Shown: positions 10,488 through 19,730 of the stretch, piece after piece
Position numbering within the stretch: the stretch's first letter is position 1
How the letters are laid out: each line of letters starts with the position of its first letter
Sequence record: DRR378314_60
Direction: 5' to 3' (one strand)
DNA length: 50,553 nucleotides
Position numbers and translations under genes: made by a program
The notes under the pieces: generated by a model
Databases searched by the model: none
Seen by the model: the letters and a program-made list of their open reading frames with translations, nothing else
Told to the model about the DNA's origin: nothing

Positions 10488-10769
10488 ATGAAGTCAAAAA
10501 CTAAGTTCAGCCACGACTCACTACTAGATCGTCAGTCAACCCAAGCGCTTTTGGTCACTCTGGCAAATGCCATCAAAGAAGGCGAGTTAGCCTTTCAGGA
10601 AAGTGGCGATGACCTAGTGCTTTCACCTCAACAGCTATTGCAAGTTTCCCTGCGGGCAAGCGATGAAGGCGATAAACAGGAAGTGGAAGTGAAGATTAAA
10701 TGGCGCACCAAAGAGAAAAAAATTTCCGATACACCGCCAAAAATCAAAACCAACACTGGAAAACAGTAA
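10488..10769 (+). CDS. Amphi-Trp domain protein (GAK system)
   Basis: 93 aa; amphipathic helix LVTLANAIKEGEL and a C-terminal beta strand ending in VEVKIKW. Confidence 0.85.
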   Translation: MKSKTKFSHDSLLDRQSTQALLVTLANAIKEGELAFQESGDDLVLSPQQLLQVSLRASDEGDKQEVEVKIKWRTKEKKISDTPPKIKTNTGKQ

Positions 10770-10775
10770 CCTCAT

Positions 10776-10861
10776 CAGCAACAGGATGGCCTGGGCCTTC
10801 GCACAAGGTACGCTGGACAGGGTTAGACATTAGATTCATTTGAAAGGCACTTCATGGCCAG
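10776..10861 (+). repeat. 86-bp direct repeat copy 1 (orphan copy of hutC leader and first codons)
   Basis: Ungapped alignment to 19645-19730 with 7 mismatches (79/86). Confidence 0.92.
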
Positions 10862-12337
10862 AACACCACCACCATGCCGCTCCATATCCGCCGCCAGCTG
10901 TAGCAGTTGCTTATCCTCACCCAGGCGCCCTACCACTTGCACCCCAACGGGCAACCCATTGGCCGCTACATGGAAAGGTACCGACATAGCAGGCTGACCG
11001 GTAAGATTCGCCAATTGCGTGAACGGGGTGCGGCTGAGCGCATCCACCGCCAGATGCTTTAACACCCCCGCTTTTAATGCCAGCGCTGATGCACCAGGAA
11101 CCGCTAACAGAGACATTAATCGCTCGCGAGCCGCAGAGGGGTACAGCTCGCCTATTTTGGGAGCAGTATCCGCGGTTACCGGCAACACCAGGGCGTCATA
11201 ACGCTGGTGAAACTGGCTCATCTGCTCGGCAGCCTCGTGCCAATAGCGCTTGGCTAGCTCGTAAGCTTTCGCCGAAAGCTTAGCGCCCAGCCTGCCAACG
11301 GCGCGGGTAGATGGCTCAATGGCTAACCGATGCACCGGCACACCGGTTTGCTGGCTTACCCACTGAAGATCAGCGGCTAAATGGCCAAGGTAGAGCGTCA
11401 GGTAACTATCGGCCAAGGCATCGCCATCAACCAGTGGCTCACACCACTCCACCTCATGCCCCATGTCGGCCAGTGCCTTTGCGGCTTTCTCAACCGCTAT
11501 TTTCACATCGGTACTTAATTGGGTATCCAGTCCGTAACTCAAAAAATTACCCAGCGACACAGCGATGCGCAGCGGCTTAGAGGAGGCTGATAAGGCATCC
11601 ACATAGCCCGTTTCCCGCGGAACGGGGTAAGGCCCAGAAGGCGCCATGCCGTTAATCTGTTCTAGCAACGCTGCACTATCACGCACGCTACGAGTGATGG
11701 CATGCTCGACCACCGCTCCCTGCCAGACTTCGCCGTGGGCAGGCGCTAACGGCACCCGCCCGCGGGAAGGTTTAAAACCGAACAAACCACAATAACTGGC
11801 AGGAATGCGGATAGAACCACCGCCATCGCCTGCCAGCGCAATAGGCACCATTCCGCTAGCGACCGCCGCTGCGGCACCTCCGCTTGATCCGCCTGGGGAA
11901 TAGCCCTCTCGACATGGGTTTTGCGGGTGAGGAAATGCCTTAGGCTCTGTAATCCCCATTAGCCCTAATTCCGGCGTGGCCGTTTGCCCCATCACCACTA
12001 ACCCAGCCGCCCGCGCACGCTGAATAAGCAGCGAATCTTGCTTAGGGCACCACGCTGATAACGATGCACTTCCGAACGCCAGCGGCTCGCCTGCTAGTGC
12101 CATCAATAAGTCTTTACTTAGCGTGGGGACACCCGCAAACACCGAGTTTTCCAACACTTGGTCACACTCATGCTTTGCTTTTTCAAAGCGTGTTCGAACC
12201 ACTGCATGAAGAGAGGGGTTAAGCGTTTCAATCGCAGCCACTGCCACATCGAACACCTCCGCTTGGCTTACCTCTCGGCGGCGAATCAGCTCAGCAAGGC
12301 CAGTAGCGTCAAACGTTTGGTAATCCTCAAGATGCAT
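10823..12337 (-). CDS. Amidase (amidase signature family)
   Basis: [16 protein letters not shown] and [12 protein letters not shown] signature; GGAG RBS before ATG 12337. Confidence 0.9.
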   Translation of the reverse strand: MHLEDYQTFDATGLAELIRRREVSQAEVFDVAVAAIETLNPSLHAVVRTRFEKAKHECDQVLENSVFAGVPTLSKDLLMALAGEPLAFGSASLSAWCPKQDSLLIQRARAAGLVVMGQTATPELGLMGITEPKAFPHPQNPCREGYSPGGSSGGAAAAVASGMVPIALAGDGGGSIRIPASYCGLFGFKPSRGRVPLAPAHGEVWQGAVVEHAITRSVRDSAALLEQINGMAPSGPYPVPRETGYVDALSASSKPLRIAVSLGNFLSYGLDTQLSTDVKIAVEKAAKALADMGHEVEWCEPLVDGDALADSYLTLYLGHLAADLQWVSQQTGVPVHRLAIEPSTRAVGRLGAKLSAKAYELAKRYWHEAAEQMSQFHQRYDALVLPVTADTAPKIGELYPSAARERLMSLLAVPGASALALKAGVLKHLAVDALSRTPFTQLANLTGQPAMSVPFHVAANGLPVGVQVVGRLGEDKQLLQLAADMERHGGGVLAMKCLSNESNV

Positions 12338-12361
12338 CGCATTAACTCCACTGATTAATAA

Positions 12362-12405
12362 CGACGCTTTACGCACACCCAACGTCGCTTAGTGTCAATT
12401 TCCAT
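12362..12405 (+). promoter_or_regulatory. Putative CdhR/GbdR-type operator upstream of cdhC
   Basis: GACG...GTCG half-sites 21 bp apart; closely matches the motif at 18514-18556 upstream of the CaiX-like gene. Confidence 0.6.
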
Positions 12406-12462
12406 CTCGCTATTTAGCCATACTGAAGCACGTTACTTAGAACCACTCTCAAGGAGCGGCCA

Positions 12463-13383
12463 ATGAACCGCAACGTTATTTTAACTTGCGCTGTTACCGG
12501 CGCAGGCGATACCACCGGCAAAAATCCACATGTGCCGATCACACCTAAACAAATCGCTAACGACTGCATTACCGCCGCGAAAGCCGGTGCCAGCGTTGCG
12601 CATATCCACGTTCGTGACCCTGAAACCGGCGGCATCAGCCACTCCTTGGCTCACTTCCGCGAAGTAATGGAACGCGTACGCGAAGCGAACGTGGATATTG
12701 TCATGAACATTACCGCTGGCGGCGGCGGTGATTGGATTCCTGACGCCCAGGACCCCACTCGCGGCGGCCCCGGCACGGATATTCAGACGCCCGCCCAACG
12801 CCACGAACCAGTCGGTGAGCTTTTACCCGAACTCTGCACCCTAGACTGCGGCAGCCTCAACTTCGGCGACATGGTCTATGTGAACCCTGCCGACTGGCTG
12901 CGCGAGCACGCCCGCCTGGTACAAGCTGCTGGCGTCAAGCCAGAGCTTGAATGTTTCGACCTGGGCCACGTTTGGTTCGCACGCCAATTACAGCAGGAAG
13001 GTCTGATTGACGGTGATCCTCTTTATCAGCTTTGTTTAGGCATTCCCTGGGGCGCTGAAGCCGATACTGAAACGATGTTGACCATGCGCAATAAACTGCC
13101 AGAAAACGCTCAGTGGGCAGCTTTCGGCATCGGTCGACATCAGATGCCCATGGTGGCTCAGGCAGTTCTACTAGGCGGCCATGCCCGCGTCGGTCTTGAA
13201 GATAATCTTTATCTTAAAAAGGGCGTAATGGCGACTAATGGGCAATTAGTTGAGAAAGCCGCCACTGTCATCGACAACCTGGGAGGCCGAGTGATGACAC
13301 CCGCAGAAACTCGCGTGCACCTCAACTTGCGCGATCCGCATAGCAGCCACTCCAACGCACTAACCACGGAAGGTCAGGCATGA
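12463..13383 (+). CDS. cdhC: 3-dehydrocarnitine cleavage enzyme (beta-keto acid cleavage family)
   Basis: [23 protein letters not shown] and RVGLEDN motifs; directly upstream of carnitine dehydrogenase. Confidence 0.85.
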   Translation: MNRNVILTCAVTGAGDTTGKNPHVPITPKQIANDCITAAKAGASVAHIHVRDPETGGISHSLAHFREVMERVREANVDIVMNITAGGGGDWIPDAQDPTRGGPGTDIQTPAQRHEPVGELLPELCTLDCGSLNFGDMVYVNPADWLREHARLVQAAGVKPELECFDLGHVWFARQLQQEGLIDGDPLYQLCLGIPWGAEADTETMLTMRNKLPENAQWAAFGIGRHQMPMVAQAVLLGGHARVGLEDNLYLKKGVMATNGQLVEKAATVIDNLGGRVMTPAETRVHLNLRDPHSSHSNALTTEGQA

Positions 13384-14336
13384 GTCAACAGCTATCGGTT
13401 ATAGGCACAGGGGTGATTGGCAATGGCTGGATCGCGCGCGCTCTGGCTCGGGGCTGGGACGTCGTGGCCTTTGATCCAGCCCCTGATGCGCCACTGCGTA
13501 CTCGCGCCTTCGTTGAGAATGCATGGGGATCTTTGCAGCGCCAGGGCCTAGCCGAGGGCGCCAGCCCCCAGCGGCTGCGCTTCGTGGAAAGCCTTGAGGC
13601 CGCTGTTGAAGGTGCCGACCTGATCCAGGAAAACGTACCCGAGCGACTCGCGCTGAAGCGTGAGGTGCTTGCCGCCCTGGATGCCGCAGCAGCTCCAGAT
13701 ATCTTGATCGGATCGTCAACATCCGGCTTCAAACCCACCGATTTGCAACATGCCTGCACACGGGCACCGGGCCGCGTGATCGTCGCACACCCCTTTAATC
13801 CCGTTTATTTACTGCCACTCGTAGAGCTGGTGGGCGGGGAAGCCACCACGTCTGACGAGCTAGCGCGTGCCCAGGCCCTCTACCAAACACTCGCCATGCG
13901 CCCGCTGGTCGTGCGCCGGGAAATTGAGGGGCATATTGCTGACCGCCTGATGGAAGCGCTCTGGCGTGAGGCGCTGCACCTAGTCAATGATGGCGTTGCA
14001 ACAACCGAAGAGATAGATGCCGCCGTCGTCTACGGCTGTGGTTTGCGTTGGTCACTAATGGGCACCTTTCTCACCTTTCATTTGGCTGGTGGCGAGTCAG
14101 GGATGCGCCACATGCTTGAGCAGTTCGGCCCAGCGTTAAAACTACCGTGGACAAAGCTTGAAGCTCCCGAGCTTACCAACGAGCTTATTGATCGCGTGGT
14201 AGAAGGCTGCGAGCATCAAGCCGCTGGTCGCTCAGTGGCCGAGCTGGATCGCCGCCGTGATGACTTTCTGGTGGAACTGCTCGGCTTAGTACAAAAATAT
14301 TGGCCTGAAGCCGAAGGTTTGGAAGGACGTATCTAA
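13380..14336 (+). CDS. cdhA: L-carnitine 3-dehydrogenase
   Basis: GTGVIGNGW Rossmann motif; [39 protein letters not shown] and GLRW motifs. Confidence 0.9.
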   Translation: MSQQLSVIGTGVIGNGWIARALARGWDVVAFDPAPDAPLRTRAFVENAWGSLQRQGLAEGASPQRLRFVESLEAAVEGADLIQENVPERLALKREVLAALDAAAAPDILIGSSTSGFKPTDLQHACTRAPGRVIVAHPFNPVYLLPLVELVGGEATTSDELARAQALYQTLAMRPLVVRREIEGHIADRLMEALWREALHLVNDGVATTEEIDAAVVYGCGLRWSLMGTFLTFHLAGGESGMRHMLEQFGPALKLPWTKLEAPELTNELIDRVVEGCEHQAAGRSVAELDRRRDDFLVELLGLVQKYWPEAEGLEGRI

Positions 14337-14791
14337 TGATTATTTTACAAAGCCGCGTTGCCTCAGAGTGGGTCGACTACAACGGCCATATGAACGACGC
14401 CGAATATGCCCGGGTCTTCTCACTGGCAGTAGAAGAACTCATGGAGCATATCGGCTTAGATAGCGCAGGCCGAGCATGCTACGGCTACACGATCTACACC
14501 CTTGAGACGCATCTTTGTTATCGCCGCGAGGCCCACGAAGGGCAGCCACTCAGCGTAGCGTTGACCCTGCTGGATCACGATACCAAACGCCTGCATGTTT
14601 TCTTCAAGCTACAGGATGAGACAGGCAACCTACTTGCCACCAGCGAGCAGATGCTGATGGGCATTGATATCAATACCACTCGCCCTGCGCCTTTCCCGGC
14701 CCCCGTTGAAGAAGCCATTGCAGCTCTACCCCAAGCTCAGCCTTCGGCCTGGCCAGAGTTGGCCGGCCGCACTATTGCCATACGGCGATAA
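14336..14791 (+). CDS. cdhB: Thioesterase (betainyl-CoA thioesterase-like)
   Basis: WVDYNGHMND and YTLETH hot-dog thioesterase motifs; follows cdhA. Confidence 0.8.
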   Translation: MIILQSRVASEWVDYNGHMNDAEYARVFSLAVEELMEHIGLDSAGRACYGYTIYTLETHLCYRREAHEGQPLSVALTLLDHDTKRLHVFFKLQDETGNLLATSEQMLMGIDINTTRPAPFPAPVEEAIAALPQAQPSAWPELAGRTIAIRR

Positions 14792-14985
14792 CGACACAGC
14801 AAAACCACATAGCAAAGCAACACTAAAAATAATGAGAACCGTCCGCCAGCACGGACGGTTGACCGGGATTGCCGGCCCGACGTCCGGCCTAAGAGGACAA
14901 GCATATCGCTACGCCAACCTCCCCTCATCGACCCACGCCGCCATCGCATAACAACTCATCCAAGGCCGAACTCAGTACTGACTAC

Positions 14986-16587
14986 ATGGTGACAGAGCTC
15001 GCCCAGGGCGGTTTCTTCCAAGGCATGCACAAGGGAATGACGCTAACCGCGAGCGGCCTAGTGCTGCTGTTCGTACTTTTCACCGGGCTTGGCTCAGATA
15101 CAGCGGGCAGCGTGTTCGGAGCAACACGCGCCTGGATTGAGAGCACGTTCAGCGGTTATTACCTAATTACCGTCATGCTACTACTAGCAGTCTGCGCTTT
15201 CATTGTCTTCAGCCGCTATGGAAGCGTAAGGCTTGGCGCGGACGACAGCCGCCCAGAGTTCAGCAACTTTGCATGGTTCTCGATGCTCTTCTCAGCAGGT
15301 ATCGGCATTGGCATCCTGTTTTTTGGCGTCGCTGAGCCCGTGTTCTACCTTGACGATACTGGCGCCTTTGGCTATCCCAACAATCCTCATGCCGACATGG
15401 CAGGTGCCGCCGCCATCGGTCACGAGCGCGCTATCGATGCGTTACGCGTCACCGTTTTTCACTGGGGCCTTCACGGCTGGGCTATCTACGTCATTGTCGG
15501 TATGTCGTTGGCGTATTTTGCTTATCGAAAAGGGTTGCCGCTAGCACTGCGCTCGGCGCTTTATCCTTTTATCGGCGAGCGCATCTTCGGCCCTATCGGC
15601 CACCTGTTTGATATCCTTGGGGTGCTGGGCTGCGTCTTTGGTGTGGCTACGTCGCTGGGACTTGGGGTTAGCCAAATGGCCGTTGGCTTAGAACGGCTAA
15701 TAGGGGTCGACCCAGGGCTAAATACCCAGCTAATGCTTATCGCGGGTATTTCAGTTATCTCAATACTCTCAGCGGTATCCGGCGTACGCGCTGGTATTCG
15801 TCTTATTTCCGAGATGAATATCTGGGTGTCCCTAATAGTGGTGAGCATTTTCCTAATTGCAGGCCCCACGTTGTGGCTCATCATGGCATTCGGCGAAACC
15901 ATGCTCGACTACGCTATCAATTTTATTCCCATGGGACTTTGGTACGCTGATGAGGAAGGCACCGCCGCTTGGCAACAAGGTTGGACAATCTTCTACTGGG
16001 GCTGGTGGCTAGCCTGGGCTCCCTTTGTCGGTCTGTTCATCGCGCGAATTTCTAAAGGACGTACCTTACGCGAGTTTGTATTGGGCGTTCTGTTAGTACC
16101 TACCCTGATCATTTTTGTTTGGCTGATCATCTTTGGCGGCAACGCCATGTATCAGGAGTTATATGCAACGAATGGCCCTGGTAGCGCCGGTATTATTGAG
16201 CTGGTTAACGCTTGGAACCTACCCTCCGCACTGTTTGCCACGGCTGATGGCATTGTCGGCAGTGGCACGTTTGGCTGGATACTCTCCGCCATGATGGTAT
16301 TTCTGCTAATGAGCTGGTTTGTCACCTCTTCAGACTCCGGCACGTTAGTGCTGACCACCATCTTATCGTTAGGTGACAATGAACCGCCTAAACGCTTCCG
16401 CGTGTTCTGGGGCGTGGTGATTGGTTTAGTAGCAGCGGTGCTGCTGATTGCCGGTGGTCTTACGGCGCTGCAAACAGCCCTTATTGCAGCCGCCCTTCCA
16501 CTCAGTGTTGTCGTGCTAGTGATGACGGCTGGTGTGCTGATTTCGCTGTTCCGCGAGACGCTCGATGCCCAGCGCAAAAGGCGTTGA
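14986..16587 (+). CDS. BCCT family (betaine/carnitine/choline) transporter
   Basis: WFSMLFSAGIGIG, FHWGLHGW, WTIFYWGWWLAWAPFVGLFIARISKGRT and VTSSDS motifs; true start may lie upstream at 14905. Confidence 0.92.
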   Translation: MVTELAQGGFFQGMHKGMTLTASGLVLLFVLFTGLGSDTAGSVFGATRAWIESTFSGYYLITVMLLLAVCAFIVFSRYGSVRLGADDSRPEFSNFAWFSMLFSAGIGIGILFFGVAEPVFYLDDTGAFGYPNNPHADMAGAAAIGHERAIDALRVTVFHWGLHGWAIYVIVGMSLAYFAYRKGLPLALRSALYPFIGERIFGPIGHLFDILGVLGCVFGVATSLGLGVSQMAVGLERLIGVDPGLNTQLMLIAGISVISILSAVSGVRAGIRLISEMNIWVSLIVVSIFLIAGPTLWLIMAFGETMLDYAINFIPMGLWYADEEGTAAWQQGWTIFYWGWWLAWAPFVGLFIARISKGRTLREFVLGVLLVPTLIIFVWLIIFGGNAMYQELYATNGPGSAGIIELVNAWNLPSALFATADGIVGSGTFGWILSAMMVFLLMSWFVTSSDSGTLVLTTILSLGDNEPPKRFRVFWGVVIGLVAAVLLIAGGLTALQTALIAAALPLSVVVLVMTAGVLISLFRETLDAQRKRR

Positions 16588-16688
16588 TCGAACAATCCCA
16601 ATGACATCAGGCGTGCTTAACGGCAGCGCCTGATTGTCAGCGAGAAAGCATCAAACCAACGCAGTACGACTGACGGGTGACGCCGCTG

Positions 16689-17522
16689 ATGGACATTAAC
16701 ACCTTTATCGCCCGCTTCGGTGCGGGCTTAAAAGATATCGAAAATGACGCTCCTGCAGTAGCACGACAGCGCTACGACCAATTATGCCAAACGTTTGCAC
16801 CGCCTAATCCGTCAGGCATGACAATCACTGACGAAGCGCGGGAAAGCATCGTCCTTCGACACTTTATCCCTGCATCCGCTCAGTTTGGCCAAGTGCTATA
16901 CATTCATGGAGGTGGGTTTACCCTGGGGTCTATCGACAGCCATCATGGGGTAGCAGCAAACCTAGCAGAGCAGCTAAAGCGTCACGTTATCAGCATTAGC
17001 TACCGCTTAGCGCCCGAGGCGAGCTACCACAACATGCTAGAAGACTGCTTCAAGATTGCTAAAGCCATAAAGCCCATTGCAGTAGTCGGTGACAGCGCTG
17101 GCGGTCGCATAGCCATAGATTTAGCCCCCTTACTGCATCGTTCTGTGCTGTTAGGACTCATCTATCCGCCGGTCGGCAAACTAAATCAGCAGACGCTGGG
17201 AGCCAATGCGCCGTTACTTAGCCGACACGATGTTTTGTCGCTCATTGCCTACTGCCCATGGATTGAAAACCACGTCGATACATTTCCACCCAACATGCAG
17301 ATTGAGGTTCTTACAGTTGAGCACGACCCTTTAACCGCACCGCTTGAAAAAGCCATTGCGTCCTGGCGGAACAGCAGCATGCAGATAGGCTATCGCTGTG
17401 CAAAAAACATGGTTCATGCGGCACTACATGCCCACGCGAACCTGCCTGAAATGCAAAGCGCTTGGCAAGATTTTTGCCAAGCGCTTAACAAGCGGTTAAC
17501 ACAAAATAGTGGCTATTGGTAA
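16689..17522 (+). CDS. Alpha/beta hydrolase (HSL family esterase), candidate acylcarnitine hydrolase (HocS-like)
   Basis: HGGGF, YRLAPE and GDSAGG motifs; position in the carnitine operon matches P. aeruginosa hocS. Confidence 0.75.
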   Translation: MDINTFIARFGAGLKDIENDAPAVARQRYDQLCQTFAPPNPSGMTITDEARESIVLRHFIPASAQFGQVLYIHGGGFTLGSIDSHHGVAANLAEQLKRHVISISYRLAPEASYHNMLEDCFKIAKAIKPIAVVGDSAGGRIAIDLAPLLHRSVLLGLIYPPVGKLNQQTLGANAPLLSRHDVLSLIAYCPWIENHVDTFPPNMQIEVLTVEHDPLTAPLEKAIASWRNSSMQIGYRCAKNMVHAALHAHANLPEMQSAWQDFCQALNKRLTQNSGYW

Positions 17523-18460
17523 GTCGAACGCACCGCCTGTATCGCAGGCTGCCCATCTTTAGCCATTACCCCATCTAGCCATGTCTCTACGGTGTCTAAA
17601 TTAGCACCAATCCACTCAGACGCTACCTCGTCAGCGGGACGATCCTCATAGCTGTAGTCATGCACCCACGCGTTTTGATCTTCAATATCCACTACATATT
17701 GCGAAAGAAAACGATGCAACTGAGGGTCTTCCTCAGCCATATTGGCCGGCACGATGGTCCAAACCGTACTCTCAATTTTGGCTATGCCCGCCTCATCGGC
17801 ATCATCCAGATAAGCCATGTCAAAGCTGACATTCATCCAGTGGGGCTCCCAACCAACAAAAGTCACCCACTCTTCATTCGCCATCTTTTGCTCCGCCTGC
17901 GCCAGCATAGCGGCAGTAGAGCTTTCACGTAGACGCCAATCTCCTAAACCTGCAATGTCATTATCAATAGCCGCCAGAATGGCGGTATTAATCCCGGTGC
18001 CCGCCTCGATGCCCTGAATTTCACCGCCAAAACGGTCGCGGTAGGCGTCCAGGTCGGCCACCGATGTTACACCGGCATCATAAACATACTGAGGAACCAC
18101 CAGACCAGAGCTCGCCCCCTGGATATTGGAGACCACTTTTTCAATTTTATCATCAGCCACCAGAGGCTCTACCATATCGGTTTGCACCGGATACCAGCCG
18201 CCCAGATAGACGTCCACATCGTTGCGCGCTAGCCCCTCAAGAATCACGCTTACAGCCAAGTCACGCTGACTTGTTTGATAGCCCATCGCTTCCATCAGCT
18301 GCGCTGCTACTTCAGATTTCACGGTGACACCTGGCCAGGGAGGAACACCAAACCGTACTTCATCAAAGTCGGCTGCGGCGGGCCCTGACAACGCAAGCGC
18401 TGCCACCCCAGCGGCGCTAAGTGCTGACATACCCTTAAAACCAACGAGTGCGTTCTTCAT
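17513..18460 (-). CDS. Glycine betaine/carnitine ABC substrate-binding protein (CaiX/OpuAC-like), no permease or ATPase adjacent
   Basis: Signal peptide; PPWPG, GIEAGTG and GWEPHWMN motifs; AGAGGA RBS before ATG 18460. Confidence 0.85.
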   Translation of the reverse strand: MKNALVGFKGMSALSAAGVAALALSGPAAADFDEVRFGVPPWPGVTVKSEVAAQLMEAMGYQTSQRDLAVSVILEGLARNDVDVYLGGWYPVQTDMVEPLVADDKIEKVVSNIQGASSGLVVPQYVYDAGVTSVADLDAYRDRFGGEIQGIEAGTGINTAILAAIDNDIAGLGDWRLRESSTAAMLAQAEQKMANEEWVTFVGWEPHWMNVSFDMAYLDDADEAGIAKIESTVWTIVPANMAEEDPQLHRFLSQYVVDIEDQNAWVHDYSYEDRPADEVASEWIGANLDTVETWLDGVMAKDGQPAIQAVRSTYQ

Positions 18461-18513
18461 TATAATGTCCTCTTTTGGCAATATACCGCACCAAGTTTGA
18501 CGACTAGACAACA

Positions 18514-18556
18514 ATGGAAACGACACAAAGCGACATTATCTAGGCGTAAAACGACA
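18514..18556 (-). promoter_or_regulatory. Putative CdhR/GbdR-type operator upstream of the CaiX-like gene
   Basis: Minus strand TGTCGTTTTACGC-N-AATGTCGCTTTGTGTCGTTTCCAT with GTCG half-sites 21 bp apart. Confidence 0.6.
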
Positions 18557-18579
18557 GAACTGCGTCGTTCATCGCTCAG

Positions 18580-19548
18580 TTAGCGGCCCTGTTGGCGTGC
18601 CTCTATCGGTGAGCAGCCAAAGCAAGCACGAAACGCTCTGGCAAAGCTCGAACTAGAGCTAAAGCCGCAGGCTACCCCTATGGCGAGTACGCTCATATCA
18701 GTTTCATTCAATAAACGCTTTGCCCGCGCCAAACGAAGTGACAAGTACCACTGGCGCGGTGTTTGATGAAGATGATCCTCAAACAACCGCTGCAGCTGAC
18801 GAGATGACACACCGCTTCGGCGTGCAATCTCAGCCAAAGCAAGAGGCTCCTCTAAATGTCTTTCCATCAATGCAACGGCTTCCACTAAACGCCGGTTATG
18901 AGTGCCTAACCGCTGCGCTAACGACATCCGTTGCTGGTCGCTGCGGCTACGTAACCGCTCATGAATAAGCTGCTCTGAGACATCGACGGCTAATTTGCTC
19001 CCATGACGTCTGGCGATGACTGCTAAGGCCATATCCATGGCTGCGGCACCGCCCGCACAGGAAAAACGCCGCTCCCCGATCTCAAATAGCTCGTCGGTCG
19101 TTTCAATCGTTGGAAAACGCTCACGAAAGACCGGCAAGCTCTCCCAATGCAAGGTGACCCGCTCACCCTTCAATAACTGAGCGGCGGCTAATATAAACCC
19201 TCCGGTGTCTAACCCACCTAGGGCGCATCCGGCTTGATCAAGCCGATGCAGCCACGAAATGAGCGCTCGGCTTAAATGGTCTTCAGGCTCAAAGCCGCTA
19301 CACACAGCCAACGATGGCAGGTCGAGACCACCACCCATGGTCTGATCGACTAATAGCGTCATGCCATTGCTTGCGGTGACAGGCTCACCATCACGACTAA
19401 AGAGCGTCCACTCAAACAGCGTTTGGCCGCTGATCCGATTGGCTATGCGTAGCGGCTCTACCGCAGAAAAAAATGCCATCATTGAAAAGCGCGGTAATAA
19501 TAAAAAACCAACGCGCTCTGGCAGTGCTCCAGAATAGTTTAGGCGCAA
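18580..19548 (-). CDS. cdhR: GlxA-family (GATase-AraC) transcriptional regulator, CdhR-like
   Basis: FSMMAF..AVEPLR.AN, LHWE and SCAGG motifs plus C-terminal AraC HTH; TTG start with AGGAG RBS; carnitine cluster context. Confidence 0.8.
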   Translation of the reverse strand: MRLNYSGALPERVGFLLLPRFSMMAFFSAVEPLRIANRISGQTLFEWTLFSRDGEPVTASNGMTLLVDQTMGGGLDLPSLAVCSGFEPEDHLSRALISWLHRLDQAGCALGGLDTGGFILAAAQLLKGERVTLHWESLPVFRERFPTIETTDELFEIGERRFSCAGGAAAMDMALAVIARRHGSKLAVDVSEQLIHERLRSRSDQQRMSLAQRLGTHNRRLVEAVALMERHLEEPLALAEIARRSGVSSRQLQRLFEDHLHQTPRQWYLSLRLARAKRLLNETDMSVLAIGVACGFSSSSSFARAFRACFGCSPIEARQQGR

Positions 19549-19644
19549 AATAACTCCTAAAATAAGCGCTTTCTTATCGATGCTGACGATTACTAAACGC
19601 ATCAGGCAACGCCAATAAATCCGCGTACATAATACACGCCCAAC

Positions 19645-19730
19645 CAGCAACAGGATGCCCTGGGCCTTTGCACAAGGTACACTGGATAGAGTTAGACATT
19701 AGATTCATTTGAAAGGCATTTCATGACCAG
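19645..19730 (+). repeat. 86-bp direct repeat copy 2 (hutC leader)
   Basis: 79/86 identical to 10776-10861; contains the hutC ATG. Confidence 0.92.
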
